Part shown: positions 43,806 to 58,910 of the stretch, piece by piece | How positions within the stretch are numbered: position 1 is the stretch's first letter | Layout of the letters: every line of letters begins with the position of its first letter | Assembly: GCF_009914755.1 (NCBI RefSeq) | Contig: NC_060939.1 | Direction: 5' to 3' (one strand) | Source: the human T2T-CHM13v2.0 reference genome, Homo sapiens | Length of the DNA: 64,000 nt | Notes under the pieces: model-generated | What the model saw: the letters and a program-made list of their open reading frames with translations, nothing else | What the model was told of the DNA's origin: nothing | The model's database searches: none | Translations under genes and position numbers: made by a program

Positions 43806-44804
43806 GTAAGTGCCCCCGAACTGGGGTGAATTCTTAAGGTGTTTGATCTGTGACTGCTGACTCCATTGTTTTCCAGGGAGAGACTAGGCTGCTAGCTCCC
43901 CCCAGCCCACGTCAGGGCCACTCAACCATGCGCTCTGGGAGGAGTGGGCTGAGATGGGGCTGCTTGGTCAGCCCTGACTGTGCTTTTGATCTTTGGGCGT
44001 CACCAGGTCCCACTCTAGCATTCCCATTATTAAGTGATTTATGTTGACACCACATGCTTCACAAGGGACACAGCAATCTTTGCGAGTTGGATCTGGAGCT
44101 CCTTCTTTGCCTGTGAAACGGAGGTTATGGAAAGGGCACTGCTGGTTTAATCAAGAATTGGTTGGCGTCATGAGGGTGGCATTTTAAGGGAATGGCATAT
44201 TTTATCTTGCCTCTCCCCAGAAGGGGCAGGCTTCCAAAGGAAAGTTGTTTCATGCCTTTTATAGCAGAAGTTGTACTTTAAACAGGAAGTTTTCAACCTC
44301 CTTAGGCTTCTGAAGTCTGTTCCAGGAACACCCCGCCTGGCGTTCTGCAAACATTCTGGGCTTCAGAGAATCCTTGTGGGATGCTCAGTGTTGACAGAAA
44401 GCACCATTTGGTTAAAAATAGGCATCTTAGATGAAATGGCACAAATTCCGTAGCTACATTAATTTGCGCTTGGACTTCTACCCTCCTTTCATCTACGTAT
44501 GTATTCATGGAGCTAAGATTTAGCAGGTAAATGACTCTGGAGCCCAAACGAAGAGTCTCTCTTAATTAGCACTCTATAGCTAGCTGGCAGACCGATTTTA
44601 ATCACAGGAAGAGCTCTTTGGCTATGACACCTGGAAGTTCCTATTATAGTTTGAATATAACTTGCTACAGTGTTTAATATTAGGGATATTGAGGTGTTAT
44701 TTGTGAGCACAACCTACCCCCCCACCAACAACATTTTGAATGAGGAGGTTTCAGATAGGATGCAAAATAACATAAAGCAGGATTGATATTCTCAGATTTT
44801 TAAA

Positions 44805-45622
<818 letters not shown>

Positions 45623-46009
45623 ACATTTTGAATGCAAGTTAAGAAAGGAACAAGGTGTCACTTGATATCTGATGTGTATGAAGTATCTTTGGAAGAGCAA
45701 ACCCTGAAAGAATTAGGATGCGGTACAGAAGAGGCAGGAAACATCATGGGAAACATCATAGCCTCCAGTTTTCTGCTCCTTTGGAAAAACCACTGGTTTT
45801 CACACATCCTCTCTGAGCTTCAGTGTCCTCAGAAAATACTTAAGGGCATTCTCTGAGAGTTTTGTGATCTCCAGCTTTAATGTTCCCTGCTTCTAAATGT
45901 TACTGAACTAAAATGATGGGCCTGATAGCAATCTAGCTTTATCTTTCAGATTCCAAAGCAACTGTTTCATTTCCTGAATACAGGTGCACACTGTTGAGGA
46001 ATGGTGAAT

Positions 46010-46240
46010 GTAATGGTAGAGTATAATGGTTACAAACCTGCCCTCCGAAGTCGGATTGCCTGGGTTCAAGTCATGCCTCTTCCACAGATTTACTGTGTGA
46101 TTTTGCAAAAGTTACTTAAGCTCTCTGTGCTTCTGTACATCATCTAAAGAATGAGGAGGATGGTACCTACGTCCTGTGTTGCGGTGAAGAGTCATGACCG
46201 TATAACAGGGTTTGGCATTCAGTAAGCATACTGGCATTTA
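46010..46240 (+). mobile_element. MIR
   Basis: GCCTGGGTTCAAGTC...AAGTTACTTAAGCTCTCTGTGCTTCTG..CATCTAAAGAATG. Confidence 0.7.
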
Positions 46241-46354
46241 TTAGTATCACTGCATATACCTACATATATACCATTGTACTTGGATTTTCTATGCAAAAGT
46301 GTTTGCCTTTTTTTGTCGATTATAGATTTGTCAGATGCACATGCTCTTTTGGGT

Positions 46355-46505
46355 CAGTGCTCTCACGCTATAGTGTGAAACACTGGGAGATTGCAGATTC
46401 TGATTCAGTAGGGCCTGGGGAAGGGCCTGGGAATCCGCTTTTCTAACAAACTTCCATGTGATATTGATGCTGCTGGTCCCTGGATCATATTTTGAGTAGC
46501 AAGGT
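46355..46505 (-). mobile_element. MER5A1-like MITE
   Basis: GCAGATTCTGATTCAGTAGG..TTCTAACAAACTTCCATGTGATATTGATGCTGCTGGTCC..TTTGAGTAGCAAG. Confidence 0.7.
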
Positions 46506-47360
46506 TTTAAGGGACATTGATTAAAATATAGTTAACAAAGAGCCAGAAATATAAATATATGGTGGTAAGATGACTCGGAAGGAATATGAAATGTGGTCTC
46601 TTCACTGGGAGAGCACGTTTTCTTAGTATTTCATTAAATGTCTATTAGCTGATGATATAAAAGAAAAGCAAACACTTATAAGGACATGGGTATGGATTCT
46701 TACTAATTGATGAAAAACATTCAAACTTTACGGCAACACAGTTTGCAGATAATAATTGCTAAAAGCCTGAAACAGACATTTTCCAGGATGTGAGTATATT
46801 AATAGGGTTCTGATGTTACTAGGACTACTGGATACTACTTTGCATTTGTTCTCTGCATTTGCCTGAAATTCCCTCATTGAAGTTGTTGGAACCACTGACG
46901 GCTTCAGTTTAAATAATCAGAAGTACATTTGCTTCCCAGGCTGAACTTCTGTTTACTTTGCAGCTTTCAAAGGGTAAAGTGTCCTTTTCTAAATATTTGA
47001 TTGGATGCCCAGAATTCGAATTGATTTCTCTACTTCTCTGACTTGTGGCTGAGAAAGCTGTCACTTGCAGACAGTTTTCCCTAAGATGTGCGTCTGCATC
47101 TGAAATAGTGACACAAAGCCTCTCCTGGCCACATAGAGTTGAAAGAAATAGCCAGGCTTGCAAGAAAAGTTAATGAAAGGTGACAAGCCTTACATAATAA
47201 TATGAACTGAGTCTACAAAAGGGTCCTCATGAGAGGAGGGCACTGTCCTCACATCAAGCCAAGTAAAGGCCGCAGGCCCACCCATTGCTGGCTTGAATGC
47301 TCTGTTTCAGCTCAAGTTAAAGCCTATGTTTATCCAGTTCTGGAGCTCCTCTGTGGTTTA

Positions 47361-50300
47361 TTTATTTTTTAAAAATTCTTAATTTGTCATTTTTGTGGGC
47401 ACATAATATATATTTATAGAGTACATGAGATAATTTGATACAGGCAAACAATATATAATAATCACATCAGAGTAAATGGGGTATCCATCCCCTCCAGCAT
47501 TTATCCTTTGTGTTACAAATGATCCATTTATGCTGAGTTATTTTAAAATGTACAATTACATTATTATTGACTGTAGTCACCCTGTTGTGCTATCAAATAC
47601 TAGATATTATTTATTCTTTCTATTTTTTTGTACCCATTAACTATCCTCACCTCCCCTTTAACCCCCAACTACCCTTCCCAGCCTCTGGTAACCATCATTA
47701 TCCTCTCTATCTCCATGAGTTCAATTGTTTTAATTTTTGGCTTCCACAAATAAGTGAGAACATGCCAAGTTTGTCTTTTTGTTTGTTTGTTTTTTTAAGA
47801 CGGAGTCTTACTCTGTTGCCCAGGTTGAAGTGCAGTGCTGCAATCTTGGTTCACTGCAGCCCCCGCCTCCCAGGTTCAAGCCATTCTCCTGTCTCAGCCT
47901 CCTGAGTAGCTGGGATTACAGACATGTGCCAACACACCTGGCTAATTTTTGTATTTTTAGTAGAGACAGGGTTTCGTTGTGTTGGCCAGGCTGGTCTCGA
48001 ACTCCTGACCTCAGGTAATCCAGCTGCCTTGGCCTCCCAAAGTGCTGGGATTACAGGTGTGAGCCACCTCGCCTGGCCCGAAGTTTGTCTTTTTGTGCCT
48101 GGTTTATTTCACTTAACATAATGACCTCCAGTTCCATCTATGCTGTTGCAAATGACAGGATCTCATTCTTCTTTGTGTCTAAATAGTACTTTATTTTGTA
48201 TATGTACCACATTTTCTTTATACATTCATCTGTTAATGGACACTCAAGTTGAACCCTTGTGTTGATAAAATCCCTTAGCTTTTGTTTGTCTGGGTAAGTC
48301 TTTATTTCTCCATCATATTTGAAGGGTGTTTTCGCCAGATATACTATTCTATGGTAAAAGTGTCATTCCTTTAGCACTTTAAATATGTGATGCCACTCTC
48401 TCCTGGCCTGTAAGGTTTCCACTGAAATATCTGCTGCCAGATGTAATGGCGCTTCATTGTATGTTATTTATTTCTTTTCTCTTGCTGCTTTTAGGAGCCT
48501 TTCTTTTGCTTTGACCTTTGAGAGTTTGATTATTAAATGTCTTGATTAGTGTCATTTGGGTTATATTGTACTTGGTCTTTTATACCCTTCTTGTACTTAA
48601 ATATTGATATTTTTCCCAGGTTTGGGGAGTTCTCTGTTATTATCCCTTTGAATAAACATTCTACCCCATCTGTCCTGTACTTACTCTGGAAGGCCAACAA
48701 CTCTTAGATTTGCACTTCGGAGGCTGTTTTCTAGATTTTGTAGGCATGCCTTATTCCTTTTTACTTTTTTTCTTTTGTCTCCTCTTGTGTATTTTCAAAT
48801 AACTTGTCTTCAGGCTTACTGATTCTTCTTTCTGCCTGATCAGTTCTGCTATTAAGAGACTCTGATGTATTCTTCAGTATGTCAGTTAACTTTTTCAGCT
48901 CTAGAAATTCTGCTTGATTCTTTGTTAAATGTATCTGATAGATTTCTGAATTCCTTCTCTGTGTTGTCCTGAATTCTGCTGAGTTTCCTCAAGACAGCTA
49001 TTTTGAATTTCCTGACTGAAAGGTTACATATCTCTTGTTTTTTCAGGATTGGTCCCTGATGCCTTATTTAGTTTGTTTGGTGAGGTCATGTTTTCCTGGA
49101 TGGTCTTGATGCTTGTGGATGTTCACTGGGGTCTTGATAGTTCAGAGTTAGGTATTTATTGTAGTCTTCACAGTCTGGGTTTGCTTGTACACAGTCTGGG
49201 TTTGTTTGTACTCGTCCTTCTTTAGAAGGCTTTCTGGATATTTGCAGGGACTTGGGTGTTGTGATCTAAGTCTTTGGTCACTGCAGACGTATTTGCATTA
49301 GGGGACACCTTAAGCCCAGTAATGCTGTGGCTCTTGCAGACTCATAGAGGTGCCACCTTGGTGGTCTTAATATAAGTTCCAGAAGGATTCCCTGGATTAC
49401 CAGGTAGAGACTGTTGTTGTCTCCCCTTACTTTCTCCTACAAGAATGGAGTCTCTCTCTGTGATAAGCTGCCTGGAATCAGGGAAGGGGTGACATGAGCA
49501 CCCCTGTGGCCACCACCACTGGGACTGCGCTGGGTCAGACCTGAAGGCAGCACAACACTGGGTCTTGCCCAAGGCCTGCCATAGCCACTGCCTGGCTACT
49601 GCTTACATTCACTCAAGGCCCTAGAGCCTACAATCAGTAGGTGGCAAAGCCAGCCAGGCTTGTGTCCTTCCCTTTAGGGTGGCAAATTCCTTCCAGCCCT
49701 GGGCTGGTCCAGAAATACCATTCGGGAGCCAGGGCCTGGAGTCAGAAACCTAGGAATCAACTGTTGCTCTATTCTACTGCAGCTTAGCTGGCACCCAAGC
49801 CAGAAGACAAAGTTCTTCCCACTCTTCCTTCCCCTTTCTGCAAGCAGAGGAGTCTGTCCCCGTGGCCACCACCTCCACAGGCCCATGGAGAGCACTGCCA
49901 GGCTGTCGCTGATGTTCACTCGAGGACCAACTGGTCTGTAGTCAGCTTGTGGTGAATGCTGCCAGACCTGGGACCCACCCTTTAGAGCAGTTGGCTCCCC
50001 TCTGGCCCAGGGCAGGTGCAGAAATCCTGTCCAAGTCCCAAGGCCTAAAATTAGGGACTCCAAGAGCCCACTTGGTACTGTACTCCACTATGGCCAAACT
50101 GGTATCTAAGCTACAAGACAAAGTCCCCTTTACTCTTCCCTCTGCTTTTCTCAAGCAGAAGGAGTTTCTGTCCATAGCCACCACAGCTGGGAGTGCGCTC
50201 AGTCACAGCTTGAAGCTAGCAGATCTCAGAGTCTTACCCAAGGCCCATGACATGTACTACCTGGTTACTGCTGCTGATTATTCAGGGCCCAAAGGCTCTT

Positions 50301-51165
50301 TAGTCAGCAGGTGATGAATCCTGCCAGGACTGGGTCCTTCCCTTCAAGGCAGCAGGTTCCCTTCTGGCCCAGGGTATGTCTAGAAATGTCTTCTGGGAAC
50401 TACGGCCTGGAATGGGGGCCTCAGGACTTACCTGCTGCCCTATCCTGTGGTGGATGAGACAAAGACCTGTTTCCTCTTCCCTCTCCTTTCCTCAAGTGGA
50501 AGGAAGGAGTTTCTCCCATAGAGGCAAGCTGCACTGCCTGGGGTTGGAGGAGGCGGAGTGTAAACACTCCTTTGACCAACCTGGCTGGTGTCTCACTAGG
50601 TTTCGTGCCCCCCAAGTCCACTAGCTCCAAGCCTAACATAGCACCAGAACATTCCCAGCGATTACACGGCTTGTGGCCTAGACTGCCTTTCAGGTATATT
50701 TAGGACCCCAGAGTACATTAGCCCACCGTGGCAAGCCTTGCCATAACTCAAGTTCCAACCACTGGGATGGATGAGTGCCCTTTTAACTAGGCCTAGTCTC
50801 AATGCTCCCTCCATGGCAACAGCTGGGTTCTGCCTGGTGTTGCTTTCCACTGTGACAGGGCAGCACTGAGTTCCAATACAAAGTCCCACATCACTGTGCT
50901 CTCCCTCCCAAAAGCGCTCCGACTCTCTGCACCCCATGGCTGCTGCTGGGGAATAGGAGAGGATTGGTGTCAGTGATTCAAGACTGTCTTTCCTACCCTC
51001 TTTAGTGCCCCTTTCAGTGATCCTAAGTTAAAACCAGGTTATGTGATCGCCCACCTGATTTTTGGCTCATATGAAGGTGCTTTTTTTAATAAATGGTTGT
51101 TAAATTTGGCGTTCCTGTGTGGAGGATGATGATGAAGGCTACTATTCAGCCATCTTGCTCTGCTT
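47361..51165 (-). mobile_element. L1MA-type element retaining both ends (5'UTR, most of ORF1, 3' end) with almost all of ORF2 deleted
   Basis: The 3'UTR/ORF2 tail at 47361-48250 joins directly to late ORF1 near 48255. Long internally repetitive 5'UTR at about 49200-51165. YY1-type start CAAGATGGC (plus strand GCCATCTTG, 51149-51157). Probable TSD at 47346-47360 and 51166-51180. Confidence 0.78.
47783..48079 (-). mobile_element. AluSx-like nested in L1MA 3'UTR
   Basis: Reverse dimer with TSD AAGTTTGTCTTTTTGT on both sides. Confidence 0.9.
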
Positions 51166-53268
51166 CTCCTCTGCACTTTAGACCCGAGAGCTGAAATAAG
51201 GACAAGAAGAATGTGATGTCCTAGGTCTACCTTGGGGAGGGTTGGGGAACAGAGAAAATTGGGGTTGATGTCTACTCCCTTGGTGCAGGGTGATACTCCA
51301 TTTTTTGACAGGGACTGGAAGGAGTCTAAATGTCGGCTTCGGGCTAATTACTGCATATTGAAAGGCCTCGAAGGGAAAGGGCAAGTAGAGCTCTCATTCT
51401 GTCATCTCCAAAAACGAGAGGATGTATTGGAAGCCTGCAGAGATTCTCCCTCCCTCACCCCAACCCCTTTCTCCAGACATCAAAAACGAATATCTGGCCA
51501 GTCTTCAGAGAGGTCTCAGAGACACTCTGGCCCTCCCCAGTCATTACTGTCATTTATGCAAGCGAAATATCACTTAGGTCTAATTAACAGAGAGCACGAT
51601 TATAATTTATATTATTAAACATCACATTAACCACGCTATGATTTAGTTTTACTTGATCTCAGCTTTAAACTCTGTTTTTAAGTGTTCCAAAATTTTATAG
51701 TTTGGGGGTGTATGTATTATTTTTGCTCCCAACTTAATAAAAATAGATGAAACTTTGCCTTGAAGGTATAGCAGGCATTTGAAAGAACAGGGTCATGTGG
51801 ATAAGGCACTAGGAAAAAAGAAACCAAAACTAGCTCCCTGGAGACCAACCTTTCAGAAATCTCAGGCTTCCAGACTTTAATGATCCTGAGTCAGAATGAC
51901 CCCAAGGCCTACTCCCATCCCCCCGAAAAAAGTGTTTGGTTGAGAACGAACAGAACTTGAGTAGGTGCCTTGCAAAAAAAAATAGCTGCTTTGAAATCAT
52001 AGGGGAGGAAGGTGTTGAAGCTGATGCAAGCCAGCAAGGAGCCATTTCTGAGAGTTTACCATGTGCTGTGTCCTTTACACAAAAGTGATTTTGTTCATTT
52101 ATCTTTACAGTGACCCAGTCAGAGAGGTATTATTAATCCCCATTTTACAGAGGGCTATCCTGAAGATGAAGTTAATTGTACACAGTAAATGCTACATAGG
52201 GTTTATTATTAATATCGGCTTTTTAGGCTGAATTGTTAATCAGAATAGAAAGAGTTGTTTATATGTGTTGGGAAAAAAATTTTCTAAGTCTTTTCCCTCT
52301 TCTGAGTTTATTTTTCTCACCTCCTCTTTCCAAATGACCATCTTTTCAAAACACAAATCAGGATGAACCTCTCTTTTGACTAAATTCCACCTGCAGCTCC
52401 ACAGCGCCTATGGAATAAAGTCCCAACCCTTCATCGTCTGCCCCCTGTCAGGCCTCCTGGCTGCCAGTGCCAGCCAGATGGGAATGTGTCAGTCCCTAAC
52501 ACTGCAGGCCTACTGGTTGGTGCTTTCATGGGAATGTATGTGCTGTCCCGTCAGTCTGGAGTGCCTTGCTGTGTCCAGTCTTGCTTTAGCAAAAAGCCTA
52601 CCATTTGAATGGGTGTTTGAAATAAATGTGTAAATGAAAGAAGGTACTTGGTACTCAATATGTTGAATTTCAGCAAATGAAGTTAATCTTGAACTCATCA
52701 CAGAGTTTTCTCATTTGGGACCTGGGATAGGCAGTTGAGTGCAGATGAAACAAGGAGATGAAGCCCCCTTGGCCAAATACCCAGAACACAAGGCCTTGAA
52801 GGTCAGGGAGAATTCTTGGCACCCTCCCAAGCCCCTGTCAGCCTCATCTTGTTTTTTGGTTGCTTACTCTGAATTTCTCGAGTCCTTGCAGAGCTGATGG
52901 CAGAGGAACCTAAGAAAGTGTGAGTGCATGCTCCCATGGTGCCTTCTGGTGAAGGGAAAGAAGCCGCCTTCTGGCTCCCGAACTCCTCCCTTATATCCTC
53001 TGCACAACCTCTGGTCAGTCATCGCCCCACTGTAGGGCGTTTCCTGCGGCTCTGCCATCCACTCACACTCAGTGTGGGCTTTGACACCTCTTCCCCCAGC
53101 TGGGACACCACTTGGCTTCCATCGGGACACATTGGCAGACAGTTTCATATTTATTCAATAAATTAAAGCAAGGTAACTGTTTCCAAATGTTGAGGGATAA
53201 GCTGTAAACCAATGTGTTGCCCTGATGGGGAAGGATGACATAATGAATGTGTGCATTTGTAAGTATAG

Positions 53269-53269
<1 letters not shown>

Positions 53270-53308
<39 letters not shown>
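53270..53308. repeat. (TG)n microsatellite
   Basis: Direct reading. Confidence 0.95.
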
Positions 53309-53309
<1 letters not shown>

Positions 53310-56300
53310 CAGGTGCTGAATGTCCATTTCCCTCCTTTATATATACACTATTGTGCTCTGCTGAACCACACAAGTAGACCCTGCTCATTTTTCTGCCCTT
53401 TTGCCCTACCTTGCTTTTTTACTGGCTTCACTTTGTGGGCTTTGCTTAGAGTTTATATTTTTAGTCCAATGAAACCAAGAGAATAATTGGATTGGGTAAA
53501 TTGTTCTTCTCTTTTCCAAGATATTTGCATGATTTCACCCTTGAAAGAGGGTAGATAGCTTCTAATTTGCCCAAATTCCAACTTAATGTGACTCTTTGTG
53601 GACTCTCTCTCTTATAAACACCCCAAGCAAACTCTAATCTAAAAGTACTTTCTGCTTGTGACTATTAAAAATTTATCATATTATGTTATAGTTATTTTGA
53701 CATGTGTCTTAGCTCCTAAAGGAGAGATTGAGTATTATATGTATCTGTATCCTCAGTGCTTAACAGATTAAAATTATTCAGTAAATGTTTTTTAAATATA
53801 TACAAGAATGGAACAAAAGAACGAGGTAGAAATTGGTTATGAAACCTCCTTTCCTAGAAATAATCATGAATAGGATTAACTAAGAAGTAAACTTTCGGGG
53901 CACTTGATCTGTTCTTAGGACCTCTTGAAACCTTAAACTGAAACCTAACATAAAACTGATGAAATTTATTTTGTTACATGTAGTTTAGAAAAATTATCTA
54001 TTATTTTTCTTATTTTAATCATTAGAACAACTACCCAACATAAAAACCCTGTTTAGATTTCTTTATATATATTAAATAATTATTAATCAACCTAAATTAT
54101 ACACATAATTATTAACAAATAATCATAACTGCTCACTGCCATACACTGGGCAAGGCACTGGGCAAGGCACTGGGATGAAACAGTGGAAAAGATGAACACA
54201 GTTTCTACTCAAATTGAGCTTAAAACCTAGTGGGAAAAGTAATACAAAGTCAGTTAATAAGCAAAAGAACTGATGAATGCTATGAAGCATTCAGATGCAT
54301 TCAACAAATATTATGATGAATGCTGTTGATGAACGCTGTGAAGTTAACTGGGTAGTGAAAAATGGTGGGGGGCACACATTAAATGGAATGTTAGGTGAAG
54401 GTCTCCAGGGAGGGCAGGAGTCCAGAAAACAGGTGAAGGCAATGTTACTGGCCTCCCAGACCTTGGAGATTGGAGAAAGTGTATGCCAAGCCTCTAGCCC
54501 AGGACCCAGCACATACGAGATACTCAGGATAGAAGTTGAGGTGACCATTTTGTGCTTGCACCCTGCTCTCTGCCCTGAGTTAATCTGGTCTACTTCTGGT
54601 GGTGCCATTCTTAGTTCCTCCAAGGTATGCACACTTCTTTCTGAACACATGCTGGCTTCAGTAATGGGAAACCCTCCATTAAGTCATTCCCCAGGCCCAA
54701 AAGACTTCCCTGGAAATTGGATAATATAGTGGGTCAAGAAGAGGCTTTGGTCAATCAGGATGTCCAACATTAAAACAGATAAGAGAGAGGTTGTTCAGGT
54801 AAAATTGGGGTGGGATGTCCAGAGCATCCAACCTGGTCCTCTTACCCAAGAGACAGAAGAGAGGTTAGGATCCCCTCCCCTAGCTTTATGAAAGAATAGG
54901 TAGCATTCCCCCAAAGGGAACTTGAAGTGTTCAGTCTAAATTGGCAGGGGTGGTGACTGACACTTGTAACTGAGAAATGAGGGGAAACTTCAGCAGAGAA
55001 AAGTCCTCTGGGCCAGATAGTCCACTTCTACCCCAACCCACCACCATCCCTGACCCTAAGCACAGTCTAGAAGCACTGTCTAAGTAGGATCTGTTATGGT
55101 ATATATACAGAGCTATGCAATACTCATTGTATGCAAAGTCACTTCTACAGGTACTGTTCCACAAGGCACATAATAAAACTTTAGAAAACTGTGCTGTATG
55201 GGGAAACTCCATGCTGTCTCTGTTCAGACTAATAGGGCCAAGGAAGCAGTAGCCCCCTTTCCTTTTGGCCCCTGTGCACATCCTTGCAGAATCAGCTCAT
55301 ATTATTCACCAGTTATATTGACATAGGCTCAGACTTTTTAATTATTATTACGATTTTTTAACATAGGCTGCTTAGCCTAATGATGACTCAAGTAGGACCT
55401 GGACATCTGAGTGAAGATGTGAAGGAAACATTCGTCACCTGAACACCATATTTGGACATCTCATTTAAATTCCTGGCAAAATTCAGGTCAAACCAAGTAG
55501 TTAGAAGCACCACTAATGTAATAGAAAAGACTTAGAAAAATAGGTTAAAATGGGTTTTTGAGGACAAAAGTGTCAGATGAAAACACTTGAATTCTTTGTT
55601 TCATATTTTTAATAGATACTACATTTATATGACTCAAACATCAAAACTACTCAGTTCCCCAGGGCCCCAACAGGAAATAACCAGTGGTTGATAATTTCTT
55701 TTTTAATGCAGATATTTTTCTACATCTACAAGCCAATTCATATTATCTTCCCCCTCTTTTTGACACATACAGGAGCGTTTTACAGACACTGCTCTTCCCT
55801 TGCTTGTCTTCCTTAGCATGTGTTAGAGAGCTTTCTGTTTCAATATCTAGAGAACATGCTCATTCATTTTACATTTGTATGGTATCGCACACTAGGAACA
55901 ACCATCATTTATCTAACTGTGATGCACATGTTGGTTGTTTCCAGTCTTTTACCATTACCAGTCATGCTGCTGTAGGGGCCAAGCTTCCCACTTCCTCCTC
56001 TGAAGGTTCACTGACAAAAGGCAGGTTAAAAGGAGAAAAGGCATACGACATTTATTGTAAAATGCGTGGCACAGGAAAATCGGAGGAGAATCTGACAGCC
56101 CAGTAGCTCAATGGGATACAGATGTTTATATACCCTTCTCCATAGAGGAAAGAGATGGGAATATGTGGCAATTTGAGGATAGTAAACGATTGTTAGGGGG
56201 AAATTAATGGACTTGGAAAATACACAGTGGCCTGGGACAAAGTCTGTTGGGCCCACAGAGCAGACAATGGGTGGTAAATGATTCTCTTTGAAATACTGAA

Positions 56301-57357
56301 TAGGACCAGAATAGAAGACAGTGGTTTGTGACAAAAGTCTGTCCAGGTGTATTGACAGACTTGAATCTTTCTTCCTCAATATGAGTTAAGTTAATGAAAA
56401 CTAAGGGAAGGGGCAGAGGTAGTTATTTTCTTTGGTGGGTCTTGACTTTGGGCAAATAAGAGAGCTTCAAAGAACAGCTTCATCCTTTCCTTTGGGAGAG
56501 ATGGAGGGTTGAGAAGCAGGAGCAGGGAGATCAGAAAGACCATGAGGTTGCTTCTTTAGCACATCAAAGTGCCACATTTTGGGATATTCGTTTCTGAGCT
56601 CAGAGTTTCCTGGACATTTCACATGTTAACAGATGAGCTAGTGACTGTGGAGAGGAAAATAGAGTTAGTAGCTGAATGGTAAAAGATCCCATTAAACCAG
56701 TCTCTCATTCCTGAGAATAGGCCAACCCAACTAAACAGTAGTTTCTCATTTTAAGAGATGGTATTGTAGATGGGCTCTCAAAATTAGACCTCTATCCATG
56801 ACACAGGCAAACAGATCTTTAATAAGAGATATTTTTATGGAAACGGATGAAAAACAAACATTAATGTCTGAGGTGGTCTATAAACTAGTTTCTTTTAGAG
56901 TCATGGGGGCAGTCAGCTGAGAGGGCCAGTGGCAATGTGATAGATTTTCCTGGATTTTAGTTTGTGTGTAAGTTTGTTCAAATATAAGCTGTTGTGGTGA
57001 TTTTTTTTTTTCAAAGCCAAGTTTACTAGCTTCAGCTTGTAGGGCCTTAGGAAAAAAGAAATTTTAATTTTTAGTGATTCCAAGTCAGAAGGGTAGGAGA
57101 AAAACTCAAAAACAATGAACAGGGCTAGAATCTAACAACAGATGCACCATTGTTTTCTTCTGAAATGTAACTTTTCTCTCTTTAGCCTTCCATTTCTACC
57201 AAAGATACTCATAATGAGACTAATTTGTTTGTAAAATAAGTTAGTTTTATTAACTTGGCCTGATTACTTGCATAAAGTACAATTAGAATAATGATTTATT
57301 ATATAGGCACTTTTCAAGTTGGCTTTGCTGAAAATTTTTATAAGGAATCTCAGATTA

Positions 57358-57900
<543 letters not shown>

Positions 57901-58449
57901 TTACTGAGCTTATGCAAATAACTACATTACCATAAAATAAGAATATTCATGAATTTCAACATTTTGGAGGGATAAGGTAGAGAGAAAGGCAAATGTTTCA
58001 ATTTTGTTCACAAAACTATACCCAATTGCTGTAAACTTTAAGAGGAATAAAAGGAAGCTCCTTAACTTTGGAAAACAAAACAAAAAGAATCAGTAATGTT
58101 CAAACCTAAAGCCATAAAATATCATAATCCTTAATCAGTTGATGCCCATGTAATTCTTATTCTGCTGGTTGAGTTCACAGTTTTATGAGTCCAGCTTTTT
58201 CCATTGGAATTATTAAAATTTTTATCCAGTCCAACTGGATAATCTCAAAGTCATTAGCAGAGGTCTATATTTCAGGGTAGCTGTCAGAAGCTTTTTATTT
58301 TTTTCATGAACCTTCTTGAAGACAGAACACTTGCAAATGTCTTTCAGGAGAAGCATCAGAGTAAAACAATTTACTGTGGACAACAAGACTTAAAATGGCC
58401 ATGGTTAAAAATCTTATGAGAGTTCACAATAATGATGCAATCGACAAGG

Positions 58450-58910
58450 TGTTCTGTGAAAGATCTGTATGTAAAAAGCAGTTCTCAAATGCCAAAGGAG
58501 CCAAGAAACCAAAAAATGAGGCAGATAAATCCAGTTTGTTGGTATATGATGATTTATTAGGGGAACTTACAGACAGAAACGTGGTCTTGGGTGGCTGCAA
58601 GACAGGTCGATATCTACACTGTTACTTCCCAGACCCAAGGCTTGTATACCATAGGGGAAAGGTATACATGCTCCAGCAAGACAATTCAAGGCAACCCTCC
58701 AGAACACCAAGAATGTTATATGTGTCATAGCCTATAATTTATGTGATAACATCAAGGTTGCTTTGATCTAAAATCGGGATTTGTAGTGAGCACATATTCT
58801 TACACTAAGGACAATAAATTAAGAAGAAATCAGGAGGCATTCACAGAAATAGGGTCATTCAGAAGTCAATGGTGGATTAACATCCAAGATGGAGTCATTT
58901 TGTCTCCACA
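58450..58910 (-). mobile_element. LTR47A-like ERVL solo LTR nested in the ERV1 internal region
   Basis: Minus strand begins TGTGGAGACAAAATGACTCCATCTTGGATG. 5-bp TSD CAAGG/CAAAG at 58445-58449 and 58911-58915. Confidence 0.72.

Noticed and set aside
43614-43829. 71-aa ORF as a standalone gene
   Set aside because: It is the 137-nt exon plus intronic read-through on both sides; the splice signals define the real coding part.
54144-54174. CACTGGGCAAGG x2.6 tandem repeat
   Set aside because: Ordinary slippage duplication in L2-like sequence; too short to imply function.
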